From assembly GCA_963664435.2 (NCBI GenBank), contig CAXXKM010000003.1:128001-192000 (forward strand): a DNA stretch of 64,000 nt, given 5' to 3'. The stretch's first letter is position 1. Every line of letters begins with the position of its first letter. The DNA is from Longimicrobiales bacterium. GTDB lineage: Bacteria; Gemmatimonadota; Gemmatimonadetes; Longimicrobiales; Gaopeijiaceae. Both the position numbers and the translations under genes were made by a program. The notes below the pieces were generated by a model. It searched no databases and was not told where the DNA came from. It was given only the letters and a program-made list of their open reading frames with translations. This document shows positions 9,429 through 18,862 of the stretch, piece after piece.

Positions 9429-10663
9429 CGATTCCGATGCCAGCCTCCGCCCCGGCGTCGTCCGGGTCGCCTGCGAGCCGCCGGAGCGCGCTCACCCTCG
9501 CGCTGACCCTGACGGTGGCTCACCTCGCCAACGACGCCTACGTCGCCTTCCTGCACCCGCTTCTGCCGCGTCTCATGGACAAGCTGGGCCTGTCCATCGC
9601 GCTCGCGGCCGTGCTGAGCATGGTCCTGTCGCTGGCTTCGTCCCTGCCCCAGCCGGTCATGGGATACCTCGCCGACCGGGTGGGTCGGCGTTGGCTGGTG
9701 GCTCTCGGGCCGATCGTGTCCGGCCTCTTCCTCAGCCTCATCGGACTCGCGCCGACGTTCGGAGTGCTCGTCGTGCTGCTGGCGCTGGGCGGGCTCGGAA
9801 GCGCCTTCTTCCATCCGCCCGCGGTGTCGCTGGCCGGTCGTGTGTCGGAGGGAAAGGGGAGCGGTCTGCGCGTGTCCATCTTTTCCTTTGGCGGGCACCT
9901 GGGCTTCGCGCTCGGACCGGTCACCGCGGTGGCCCTCGTCGGCTTCTTCACCCTGGAAGGACTCTGGGTGGCGATGTTCCCCGGCATCGTCATCGGGCTC
10001 GCGACCCTGGCGTTTCTGCCTCGCCCCGAGCGAGGTCGCGTGCCCGTGCCACCGCCCTCGCCGCGAGAGGTGCTGCGCGCGCTCGCGGGCCCGCTCGGCC
10101 TGGTTTTCGGCATCAGCGCGCTGGGGTCGTTCGTCCAGCGGACCTTTCTGACCCTGTACCCCATCGTGGTCGACCAGGCCGGCGGCTCGGAGGCCCTCGG
10201 GGCGGCCTCGCTCAGCGTCTATCTGGGACTCCAGGCTGGCGGGACCATCTTCGCCGGCCTCCTGACCGACCGCGTCGACCGCACCCGGCTGCTGGCCGCG
10301 ATCTGCATCCTCGCCGCGCCCGCGCACTTTCTGGCGGTCTATCTGCCACCTGGGAGCGCCCTGGCCTTTGCGGCTCTGGGCTGCGCGGGGCTGCTCAACA
10401 TGGCGCTGCTCCCCCCGACGGTCGTCATCGCCCAGGAAATCCTCCCCACCGGGGCCAGCATAGGCTCCGGGATCGTCATGGGACTGGCGTGGGGCACGGG
10501 CACGCTGGGCGTGGGGGTTGTGGGTGTCCTCGGAGACCTGGTCGGGCCGCAGCCGGCGGCGCTCGCCGCCATGCCGATGTTCCTGCTCGGTGCGGCGCTG
10601 GCTCTCCATCCCGCGCTCCGGCCACACGCCCTCTCGGGTACGTCGAGGGCGGCAAGGCGTTAA
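9425..10663 (+). CDS. MFS transporter, Fsr-like
   Basis: HLANDAY, QPVMGYLADRVGRR, GLGSAFFHP, GFALGP; start could instead be 9437. Confidence 0.85.
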   Translation: MTIPMPASAPASSGSPASRRSALTLALTLTVAHLANDAYVAFLHPLLPRLMDKLGLSIALAAVLSMVLSLASSLPQPVMGYLADRVGRRWLVALGPIVSGLFLSLIGLAPTFGVLVVLLALGGLGSAFFHPPAVSLAGRVSEGKGSGLRVSIFSFGGHLGFALGPVTAVALVGFFTLEGLWVAMFPGIVIGLATLAFLPRPERGRVPVPPPSPREVLRALAGPLGLVFGISALGSFVQRTFLTLYPIVVDQAGGSEALGAASLSVYLGLQAGGTIFAGLLTDRVDRTRLLAAICILAAPAHFLAVYLPPGSALAFAALGCAGLLNMALLPPTVVIAQEILPTGASIGSGIVMGLAWGTGTLGVGVVGVLGDLVGPQPAALAAMPMFLLGAALALHPALRPHALSGTSRAARR

Positions 10664-10705
10664 GCTGAGGTGGTCGAAACATCCAGACTCCAGGAGGGAA
10701 CTCCC

Positions 10706-11644
10706 ATGCGCCGTCCCGTCCCCATCCTCCTCGCCTTTTGGTTCGCGCTCTGGCCCTGCCTCGCCGCCGCGCAGGAACCCGAACTCCCACCGATCCTCAA
10801 GGTTCGCAACTATCTCCCCCACATGACCCGGCCGGAGGTCGAGGATCTTCTCACCCGGACGGACATGGTCATCTTCCCGGTGGGAGCGCTCGAGCAGCAC
10901 GGCACCCACCTGCCGATCGGCACCGACTACCTGAACGGAGTGGAACGGGCCAAGAGGGTGGCCCAGCGAGCGGATGTGCTGGTGGCGCCCATCCTGCTCC
11001 CCGGGCAGTCACCCTACCACATGGAATTCGCGGGCACCGTGACCCTCCCTTCGACGCTCGTTCAGGAGGTTTATGTGGAATCTGCCAAAAGCCTTATGCA
11101 GCATGGTTTCAAGCGTTTTCTAATCATGAATGCCCATGGCGGCAACCGGGCCATCACGACCTTCATCGTGGACCGCATCAATCAGGAGACGGAGGGAATC
11201 GCGGTCGATCTGGGCGCCGTCTCCGGCCCGTTCAGGGTTCGCGACGCCGACCCGCAGCCGACTCCGGCGCCCGATGTGCTCGACCGCCACGGAGGCACCG
11301 GCGAGACCTCCAGGTCGCTCTACCAGATCCCCCATCTGGTGGATCTGGACGCCATCGAAGTCGCGCAGCTGACAATGCCCGCGCACTTGGAAGCCATGGT
11401 GCCCGAGGTGCTCGCCGGAGATCCGACCGCGCTTGCGGTGTTCCTGGCGGAGGGACTGAAGGATGCGGCCACGGGGAAGGGGACTTCGGCCGCGCAGATG
11501 TCGACAACCGGGGTCTGGGGGGAGCGCGATCCCGCCGAGGCGAGCGTCGAACGAGGGCGGAACATGACCGAGGTTTCCGTGGATGCGGCTGTTGCGTTCA
11601 TCGAGCGATGGAACGAGCTGAGGCCCCCGGGCACGGAGCGGTAA
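10706..11644 (+). CDS. Creatininase-family amidohydrolase with signal peptide
   Basis: EQHGTHLPIGTD, SPYHMEFAGT, NAHGGN, HGGTGETS; signal peptide AAA-Q; AGGAGG RBS. Confidence 0.85.
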   Translation: MRRPVPILLAFWFALWPCLAAAQEPELPPILKVRNYLPHMTRPEVEDLLTRTDMVIFPVGALEQHGTHLPIGTDYLNGVERAKRVAQRADVLVAPILLPGQSPYHMEFAGTVTLPSTLVQEVYVESAKSLMQHGFKRFLIMNAHGGNRAITTFIVDRINQETEGIAVDLGAVSGPFRVRDADPQPTPAPDVLDRHGGTGETSRSLYQIPHLVDLDAIEVAQLTMPAHLEAMVPEVLAGDPTALAVFLAEGLKDAATGKGTSAAQMSTTGVWGERDPAEASVERGRNMTEVSVDAAVAFIERWNELRPPGTER

Positions 11645-11738
11645 CGCCCGTAGCACCCGGCTCCACACGCACCCGTCGCGCGGCGGCCATCCCGCTCGCC
11701 ACGAATCGCCGGGCGGCACCTGGCCGTTTGCGTTCCCG

Positions 11739-11768
11739 TTGACCCGAATGGAGCGCAAAGATTAGGTT
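11739..11768 (+). promoter_or_regulatory. Possible sigma70-type promoter TTGACC-N18-TAGGTT
   Basis: Consensus-like hexamers upstream of ATG 11856. Confidence 0.3.
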
Positions 11769-11855
11769 TTGCCCGCCGTCATCGAGTTTCGCCGGGTTCG
11801 TGCGAGCCATGGATGAACCCCACCGGTTTCCGCGCCAACCCCACATCTTCGCTTC

Positions 11856-12566
11856 ATGTCCAAGTATTCCCGACGTCCTGCCCCGGGAGGCCCGACCTCC
11901 AGTGCGCCCGACGAGGACGACCTTTTTACCAGCCGGGTCCTCGAGATTACGGTCTGGGCCCAGAACAACGCTCAGACCCTGATCTTTGGGGGCATCGTGG
12001 TCGCGCTCGCCGTCGCCGCAACCGTGTATTACTTCAACTTCAGCGAGACGCGCGAGGATCAGAGCGCTCTCGAGCTGGAGCAGATCCATCAGGTCGTGGG
12101 GGTCGTCAGCACCGAAGAGACCCTGGCCGAGTTGAACCGCTTTCTGGACCGCTTCGAGGACGCCTCCAGCGCGGCCGAGGCCCGGCTTCTGCTGGGCCAG
12201 GTCCAGCTTGAGAACGGGGATGTCCAGGCGGCCATCGACGCCTTGCAGCCGCTCCGCGGCCGCCTCGGCGAGCCGGTGGCACTGCAGGCGGGCTTCCTTC
12301 TGGGCGCCGCCTATGAGCAGCAGGGCCTGTGGGACGAGGCGGTTGCGACGTATCTCGAGATCGCCGACGAGACCGATCTGGGCTTCCAACTGCGCAACGC
12401 GCTCTCGGACGCGGCCCGCGTGCGCGCGGCGCAGGGCCGCTACGCCGAAGCGGAGGCTCTGCTCGGGGACCTGCTCGCCGAACTGGACGCGACCGATCCC
12501 GGCCGCGGGGTCATCGAGATGCGCCTGGCTGAGATGCGCGCCCGTCTGATGTCGTCCGGGGGTTGA
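11856..12566 (+). CDS. YfgM-like membrane-anchored TPR protein
   Basis: EDDLF...WAQNN, one TM helix, then TPR helices (AEARLLLGQVQLENGD). Confidence 0.75.
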   Translation: MSKYSRRPAPGGPTSSAPDEDDLFTSRVLEITVWAQNNAQTLIFGGIVVALAVAATVYYFNFSETREDQSALELEQIHQVVGVVSTEETLAELNRFLDRFEDASSAAEARLLLGQVQLENGDVQAAIDALQPLRGRLGEPVALQAGFLLGAAYEQQGLWDEAVATYLEIADETDLGFQLRNALSDAARVRAAQGRYAEAEALLGDLLAELDATDPGRGVIEMRLAEMRARLMSSGG

Positions 12567-14016
12567 GCCCGGACGCCGACTCCGCGACCGTCGTCTCCAG
12601 CCCGAGCCAGCCTGTCCGCCCTCCCGCCGTCCGCACGTACAGGTAGCCGCCGAAGCGGCCGATCACCCGCACTTCGGTTCCCGCGTCCAGTCGAGCCAGC
12701 ACGGCCGAGTCCTCCGTCGGCGCCGTCAGTACCGCGCTCGCCGCCGCGACGGTTTCCCTCGCGACGGGATCCACGACCGGGTCGGTGAGGCGCGCGGCCA
12801 CGTAACCTGTTGTGCCGTCCGGCAGTCGCGCCCGGAAGAAGCTGCCTGAACCGGCGAGCAGGCGGAGCGGCGTGTGCCGGTCCAGTTCACGCACCACATC
12901 ACCCCGCGGGCCGGGTGCCGCCCGCAGCCGGACCCCTCCGTTGCGCACCCGGTTCCATGCGCCCAGGCGTTCCGTGTCGACCGTGAGTTCCGGAACGGTG
13001 GCGCGCACCGGATCGATGTACGGGAAGGGGTCGACCGCGCCTTCGCCGCGCCGGTAGAGTCCGAGGTGCAGGTGGGGCGGGGTGGTGCGCGCGTTCCCGG
13101 TGTTGCCGACGAAGCCGACGGTATCGCCGGCCTGGACTTCTTGTCCGTCGCGGACGTACTGGCTGTCCAGATGGGCGTAGTAGACGCTGGCGTTGCGCAC
13201 CGGATCGCGAACCCATACCACCTTTCCGCCGATGCGCGTGTCCCGCACCCGGTTGACCCGTCCTGCCGATGTCGCGAGCACGGGCGTTCCGCGGCGCGCG
13301 AAGATGTCGACGCCCCGGTGGCTGCGCGCACCCCCGTCTCGTGCCGCTCCGAACCGGCTGTGAACGTGCTCCGGGCCGTGCCCTTCGACGGGAAACGCCA
13401 GCTGCGCCTGAATCTGCAGCCTGACGGAGTAGCTGCCGCCCCGCAGCAGCTCCGGCTGAAGCCGAAGGACGAACTCTCCGCCGCGCCAGGGCTCGTGCGA
13501 GAACACGTCGACCGGCGATTCCGACGAGAAGATCGGCCGCATGGGGTCCGCGGGATCGGCGGGCACGCGAAAGAGGTCGACGAATACCCGCGCGGGCTCG
13601 CCGGACCGGACCGAAATCTCGACCGTCAGTCTCCGGCCGCGCTCGAGATGAAATCGGTATCCGGTCGCCTCCGGGGCATCCGGGCTGATGTAGCCTTCCT
13701 CGGCATAGGGCAGGGTCACCGCAAGCGGCTCGGTGAGTGCGAGACGTCCCGCAGCCTCCCAATCCCTCGCGAGCGCCGATCCTCCGAGCCCTGCGACGTT
13801 CAGCTGCGCCTGGTAGGCCTCGTGCGGCGTCAGGTCGCGAAAATGGTCGCGGAGCTGCTCGACTTCCTCACATCCCGCAACCGCCACCAGCCCCGCCATC
13901 AAGGCACAGCGGACGATACCGGCGCCGGCGCGCGTGTGCCTCCGCCCCCGATCAACCCGATGATGTTCCGGTTTGCGGACGCCGCCGCCGGTTGACGGCA
14001 GAAACGATTCCGGCAT
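12511..14016 (-). CDS. M23 (LytM) metallopeptidase lipoprotein with C-terminal SH3b-like domains
   Basis: HRGVDIF, YYAHL, VGNTGNA, PPHLHLG; VRLRAAPG...TGYV and TGWL SH3-like repeats; lipobox VAGC; start uncertain. Confidence 0.85.
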   Translation of the reverse strand: MPESFLPSTGGGVRKPEHHRVDRGRRHTRAGAGIVRCALMAGLVAVAGCEEVEQLRDHFRDLTPHEAYQAQLNVAGLGGSALARDWEAAGRLALTEPLAVTLPYAEEGYISPDAPEATGYRFHLERGRRLTVEISVRSGEPARVFVDLFRVPADPADPMRPIFSSESPVDVFSHEPWRGGEFVLRLQPELLRGGSYSVRLQIQAQLAFPVEGHGPEHVHSRFGAARDGGARSHRGVDIFARRGTPVLATSAGRVNRVRDTRIGGKVVWVRDPVRNASVYYAHLDSQYVRDGQEVQAGDTVGFVGNTGNARTTPPHLHLGLYRRGEGAVDPFPYIDPVRATVPELTVDTERLGAWNRVRNGGVRLRAAPGPRGDVVRELDRHTPLRLLAGSGSFFRARLPDGTTGYVAARLTDPVVDPVARETVAAASAVLTAPTEDSAVLARLDAGTEVRVIGRFGGYLYVRTAGGRTGWLGLETTVAESASGLNPRTTSDGRASQPGASR

Positions 14017-14151
14017 GCTGAATCCCCCCGTCCCTGAAAGCTCCTCGCGCCAACCCATGATCCAACGCCGGTGACAAGCACGCGCCAACGCCATACTAGC
14101 GCACCGATGCCGCAGGGGGAACCGGGTCGCTCGCGCGACGGCGGGTTCAAA

Positions 14152-14179
14152 ACTGCGCATAATATGTATTATGTATAGT
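14152..14179 (+). other. dif: dif site (XerC/XerD chromosome dimer resolution site)
   Basis: ACTGCGCATAA-TATGTA-TTATGTATAGT versus E. coli GGTGCGCATAA-TGTATA-TTATGTTAAAT; intergenic AT-rich 11-6-11 layout. Confidence 0.85.
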
Positions 14180-14202
14180 CTCGAAATCCCGCGGCCCCCT
14201 CT

Positions 14203-14323
14203 CAGAATTCCGTGACGCAAAATATACCTGATGACGGCGGCAGAATTCCGTGATGGCAGCAGTCGGAATTCTGATGGGAGGGGTTTGCGGCCGTCCGTCG
14301 AAATCGTGACGGCAGATCGTCAC
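14203..14323. repeat. Cluster of short direct and inverted repeats beside dif
   Basis: CAGAATTCCGTGA at 14203 and 14241; inverted CGGAATTCTG at 14264; GTGACG-N6-CGTCAC at 14306-14323. Confidence 0.7.
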
Positions 14324-15045
14324 AGACGCCCGAGCAGATCCAGTATCCGGAGCATCCAGACGCGCCAGACCGCTTCCCGGACGATCTTTCCCGACATCTT
14401 CGACTCACCGGAATCGCGCTCGGTGAAGACGATCGGGACCTCGATCAGACGAAAGCCCTTGCGCGCCGCCCGAAACTTCAACTCGATCTGGAAGGCGTAT
14501 CCGTTGGAGACGATGCGGTCGAGGTCGAGGGCTTCGAGGACTTCCCTGCGCCAGCAGTTGAAGCCACCGGTGGCGTCGGCGACCGGAAGACCGGTGATGG
14601 TGCGGGCGTACCAGCAGCCGAAGTAACTGATCAGGAGCCGGCTCATGGGCCAGTCGACGACCGTGACCCGGCCGTTGAGGTAGCGGGAGCCGATGACGAC
14701 GTCCGCGTGCCGGGTCTGCTCCATGAAAGCCGGAAGCATCTCCGGCGAATGGGACAGATCGGCGTCCATCTCGCAGAGAAGCGGATAACCGCGCGCGAGA
14801 CCCCACCGGAACCCCGCCAGGTACGCAGGGCCGAGCCCGAGCTTTTCGGTTCGATGAAGAACATGGATCCGGGGTTCGGCGGCGGCCAGCTTATCGGCCA
14901 ACTGCCCGGTGCCGTCCGGGGATCCGTCGTCGATGACCAGGATCTCGATGCCGGGATGCTGCTCCAGAACCAGGGGCGCGATCCGGGGCAGGTTGTCCCG
15001 CTCGTTATAGGTCGGGATCAGGACGAGGAGTCGATGGTCAGGCAT
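14320..15045 (-). CDS. Polyprenol monophosphomannose synthase-like GT2
   Basis: IPTYNERDN, IDDGSPDGTG, KLGLGPAY, EMDADLSH, GSRY, DATGGF, GYAFQIE, GESKMS. Confidence 0.9.
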   Translation of the reverse strand: MPDHRLLVLIPTYNERDNLPRIAPLVLEQHPGIEILVIDDGSPDGTGQLADKLAAAEPRIHVLHRTEKLGLGPAYLAGFRWGLARGYPLLCEMDADLSHSPEMLPAFMEQTRHADVVIGSRYLNGRVTVVDWPMSRLLISYFGCWYARTITGLPVADATGGFNCWRREVLEALDLDRIVSNGYAFQIELKFRAARKGFRLIEVPIVFTERDSGESKMSGKIVREAVWRVWMLRILDLLGRL

Positions 15046-16159
15046 GGCGCTCCGTCTCTCCCGCTACGAGGGCCCGATAGACTTCCAGATGACGTTGCAC
15101 GAGAATGTCGTTGCTCCAGCGCGTGACGACGTGTTCCCGGCCCCGACGACCCACGGCGTCCAGGTCCTTCCGGCGCAGGAGAGCGACGAGCCGTCTGGCG
15201 AGATCCGTGGGATCCCCCGGCGCAAAGAGCGTGCCCACGGATTCGTCGATGATCTCCGGCAGTCCTCCCACCCGGGAAGCCGCCACCGGCAGTTCACACG
15301 CCATGGCTTCCAGCGCCGCAATGGAAGTCGCCTCCATGAGCGAGGGAATGACCGCCGCGGTGGCGGAGGAGAGAATGCCCGGCATCTCGGCGTTGGGCCG
15401 TGCGCCGAGGAAGCGAATGCGGTTCGCTACGCCCAACTGCGCGCTCAGGCCCTGCAGCTCTTCACGTTCTGGTCCGTCGCCCACCAGAATCGCCTCGATT
15501 CCGGGAATCTGCGCGGCGATTTCGGGCATCGCGCGCACGAAGAACCGCACTCCGTTTTTTGGAAACAGTCGGCGCGGCACGACCAGTGTCGGCCCGGACG
15601 CCGGCGGAAGCGATGGCTCGCAGCGTCGGAAAACCGATGTGTCGACCCCGTTGGTCACCGGCTCGGTGGCAAGGCCCGGGAGCAGCCCGTCGGCGACTTC
15701 GGCGATCTCGACGCTGGTGGCGAACGTATGGTCGGACGCACGCAGAAGGGTGCGCAGGCCCGGCCGCCAACGCGCCTTCCCCGCCAGGCGCAGGAAATGG
15801 GAGGTGTGCAGGGTCGTGATCAACGGCCGCCCGCGAATCCGGCCTGCAATCCAGGCCGGCGGAATCGACGCGATGGCCTGGGCATGAACCACGTCCGCCC
15901 GGGCGCTCGTCCGGGTGGTGCGCGGAGTTGAGCACATCGAGTGCAGGAGCCAACCTCCCGGGTTGCGCGCCGGAAGCCATGTCCTCGAGACGCGGATGTC
16001 CCCCATCCGCTCTTCGCGGGGAAGATTCGGCTGGGATCGCGAGGTGACCACATCCACGCGGTGTCCCCGGGCCACCAGACCGCGGCACAGGTTGAAGACG
16101 TGGCTCTCCAGCCCGCCGACTTCCGGTGGGAAGTAGACGCAGTGCATCAGGATGTTCAT
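15038..16159 (-). CDS. Glycosyltransferase family 4
   Basis: FPPEVGGLE, NGVD, RLFPKNG, PSLMEATSIAALEAMACELPVAASRVGG. Confidence 0.9.
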   Translation of the reverse strand: MNILMHCVYFPPEVGGLESHVFNLCRGLVARGHRVDVVTSRSQPNLPREERMGDIRVSRTWLPARNPGGWLLHSMCSTPRTTRTSARADVVHAQAIASIPPAWIAGRIRGRPLITTLHTSHFLRLAGKARWRPGLRTLLRASDHTFATSVEIAEVADGLLPGLATEPVTNGVDTSVFRRCEPSLPPASGPTLVVPRRLFPKNGVRFFVRAMPEIAAQIPGIEAILVGDGPEREELQGLSAQLGVANRIRFLGARPNAEMPGILSSATAAVIPSLMEATSIAALEAMACELPVAASRVGGLPEIIDESVGTLFAPGDPTDLARRLVALLRRKDLDAVGRRGREHVVTRWSNDILVQRHLEVYRALVAGETERHA

Positions 16160-17322
16160 TGCGCTTGCGGAAGCCAGTCACGAGTCCGGCGCGGGACTCC
16201 GGCAAGCCGGTGAACCACGATGTCGGCGATCCGCGCTGCCGCGTTGCCATCCCCGTATGGGTTGGTGAAGCGTCCTTCGCGGTCCCCTTCCCCGTTCACA
16301 TCCGCAAGGGCGGCCAGCGCTTCGCCGACGATCAGATCCCGGTCGGTTCCCACAAGCCTGGCAACCCCCGCCGCGACGCCTTCCGGGCGTTCGGTCACCT
16401 CTCGCAGCACGAGGACCGGCGTGCCGAACGTGGGAGCCTCCTCCTGGATTCCCCCGGAGTCGGTCAACACGAGGCTCGCCCTGGCGAGCGCCCGAAGGAG
16501 ATCCGGGTAGGCCAGCGGGTCCGTCAGGTGAACGCGAGGATGGTCGGCGAGATGCTCGCGCGCCGGGAGGACGACCTGCGGATTGGGGTGAACGGGATAG
16601 ATGATCCGGACATGCGGACATCGGTCCGCGATGTCGCGGACTGCGCGAAAGACTCGACGCAGAGGTTTCCCGAACGACTCGCGCCGGTGGGCCGTGAGCA
16701 GCACCAGGGGGGCATCTCCCGCCAGAAGTTCGGCCAGCACGCCGTCCTCGATGTCGGCTTCACGGCGGGCCAGCCGCATGAGAGCGTCGACCACGGTGTT
16801 GCCCGTGACGTGAATGGAGTGGTCGGAGACCCCTTCGGCAAGAAGGTGTTGCCGCGCCAGCGCAGTAGGCGCGAAGTGAAGCTCGGCAAGCGTGTCCGTC
16901 ATCTGCCGGAAGAGCTCCTCCGGGTATGGTGCCCACCGGTTGCGGCTGCGCAGTCCGGCTTCGACATGCCCCACCGGGACACGCTCGAAGAAACCCACCA
17001 GTGAACCGAAGAAGACGCTGGCCGTGTCGCCCTGAACCAGCATCATGGCCGGCGCAAACTCGCGGATCATGTCCCTGAGTCCTTCCATGCAGCCCTGGCC
17101 GACGTCGTAGAGCGTCTGCCCGGATTTCATGATGCCCAGGTCGAAATCGGGGGCGATGGAGAAAGCTTCCAGCGCCTGGTCGACCATGTCGGTGTGCTGC
17201 CCGGTGAGGGCGACCGCGCTCTCCACAAGGTCATCGCGTTCGCGCAGGGCGTCCGCGACCGGGGCCATCTTGATCGCCTCGGGCCGGGTGCCGATCACAA
17301 CCAGGACGCGCGGACGCGTCAT
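16156..17322 (-). CDS. wecB: UDP-N-acetylglucosamine 2-epimerase
   Basis: GTRPEAIKMAP, TGQH, VQGDT, HVEAGLRS, HRRESFG, TDSGGIQEEAP, ERPEG. Confidence 0.95.
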   Translation of the reverse strand: MTRPRVLVVIGTRPEAIKMAPVADALRERDDLVESAVALTGQHTDMVDQALEAFSIAPDFDLGIMKSGQTLYDVGQGCMEGLRDMIREFAPAMMLVQGDTASVFFGSLVGFFERVPVGHVEAGLRSRNRWAPYPEELFRQMTDTLAELHFAPTALARQHLLAEGVSDHSIHVTGNTVVDALMRLARREADIEDGVLAELLAGDAPLVLLTAHRRESFGKPLRRVFRAVRDIADRCPHVRIIYPVHPNPQVVLPAREHLADHPRVHLTDPLAYPDLLRALARASLVLTDSGGIQEEAPTFGTPVLVLREVTERPEGVAAGVARLVGTDRDLIVGEALAALADVNGEGDREGRFTNPYGDGNAAARIADIVVHRLAGVPRRTRDWLPQAQ

Positions 17323-17383
17323 CCCCGGCGCCGGCTGCGGTGGTGCAGGGTTGCACCGGAGTGGTCGATGCGGGGCGGGCGGC

Positions 17384-18862
17384 TCACAGACGTTTGCGCA
17401 TGCGCGCCGGGAGGATGCCGAGCTGGTCGCGATATTTGGCCACCGTCCTGCGGGCGATCCTCACGCCGTCGGCGCGCAGAAGCTTGACCAGGGCCATGTC
17501 GGTGAGGGGCTTGTGCGTGTCCTCCCCGGAGATCAGCGCCTCCATCTTCGCCTTGACTCCGCGCGCGGAAATGTCGGTGCCGCTGGTGGTTGAGAGCCCG
17601 CTCGAGAAAAAGTACTTGAGGCTGAAGACACCCCGCGGCGTCTCGACGTACTTTTCGTTGGTCACGCGCGAGACGGTCGATTCGTGCATCTCGATATGGT
17701 CGCCCACTTCCCGCAGGGTGAGCGGACGCAGGTGCTGAACTCCGTTTTCGAAGAAATCGTGCTGACGTTCCACGATGTAGTGCATCACCTTGAGCATCGT
17801 CTGGCGTCGCTGTTCGATGGCCTGGATCATCCAGGTGGCGGCATTCAGCTTGTTCTTGATGAATTTCCTGTTGTCGCCCTGGAACAGACGCTTGTCCCGG
17901 GCGACCTCCTGGTACGACCGCGCCAGCCTGAGCTGAGGCATGCTGGTGTCGTTGGCGAACACCATGTACTCACCGGATATCTTCTCTACGATCAGGTCGG
18001 GGACGATGTAATGGTCCGGCTCGGGCGAGTACCTGAGTCCCGGCTTCGGGTCCAGCCTGGCAAGCCGGTCGGCGGTGTCCTGGACCACTCGGGGCGCCAC
18101 CCCGACGGCGCGGGCGATGTTGGCCCACCGGTGACTCAGGAGGTCGTCGAAGTGCTCGTCTACCAGGATCCAGATGAGCTCATCCTCCTCTCCCGATTCG
18201 CGCAACTGGATGAGGAGACACTCGCGCAGATCGCGCGCGCCCACGCCCGGAGGATCCATGTCCTGGACAATCTCGAGCACCGCCTCCACGTCCCGCACGC
18301 CGAAGGGAGCGAGCATCGTGGCCACCTCTTCCGGAGCCTCGTCCCCGGCGGCATCGAGGGCGATGTCCCGAACTTTGTCAAGCCAGCTGTTGAGGTCTTC
18401 GACGATGGTTTCCAGCGGACAGCGCAGAAGGCCGTCGTCGTCGATGTTGCCGATGATCTCCTGCGCGACCCTCTGCTCGCGGTCGGAGAGCGTCAGCAGC
18501 TGGGTCTGGTTCTCGAGATGATCGCGGAGGTCGGGAGCCCTGGCCGGCGTGGGAAGATCGAAGTCCCGGTGTTCGTGCTGGGCGCGGTGTCCGCCCGCGT
18601 CGAATCCGTCGAGCAGGATGGATTCCCAGTCGATCTCTTCCCCGTCCTCGTCCGCGGCGTCCTGGTCCAGTTCCACTTCCTGCTCGGTGTCGCCTTCCAC
18701 CACCTCCAGGAACGGGTTTTCCGTCATCTCCTGCTTGAGACGCTGCTGAAGGTCGAGCAGCGGAAGTTGAAGCAGCTCCATCGCCTGGTACAGACGCGGG
18801 TTTAGCTTGATCTCCTGCCTGAGTTGCGGGCTCTGGATGAGCCGCGTGCCGAGACCGCTCAT
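17384..18862 (-). CDS. rpoN: RNA polymerase sigma-54 factor
   Basis: ENPFLE, DPPGVGARDLRECL, HESTVSR, RpoN box ARRTVAKYR. Confidence 0.95.
   Translation of the reverse strand: MSGLGTRLIQSPQLRQEIKLNPRLYQAMELLQLPLLDLQQRLKQEMTENPFLEVVEGDTEQEVELDQDAADEDGEEIDWESILLDGFDAGGHRAQHEHRDFDLPTPARAPDLRDHLENQTQLLTLSDREQRVAQEIIGNIDDDGLLRCPLETIVEDLNSWLDKVRDIALDAAGDEAPEEVATMLAPFGVRDVEAVLEIVQDMDPPGVGARDLRECLLIQLRESGEEDELIWILVDEHFDDLLSHRWANIARAVGVAPRVVQDTADRLARLDPKPGLRYSPEPDHYIVPDLIVEKISGEYMVFANDTSMPQLRLARSYQEVARDKRLFQGDNRKFIKNKLNAATWMIQAIEQRRQTMLKVMHYIVERQHDFFENGVQHLRPLTLREVGDHIEMHESTVSRVTNEKYVETPRGVFSLKYFFSSGLSTTSGTDISARGVKAKMEALISGEDTHKPLTDMALVKLLRADGVRIARRTVAKYRDQLGILPARMRKRL

Noticed and set aside
14017..14220. 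Extension of the M23 ORF across the dif site
   Set aside because: Low-quality translation far upstream of the lipobox; dif is better read as intergenic
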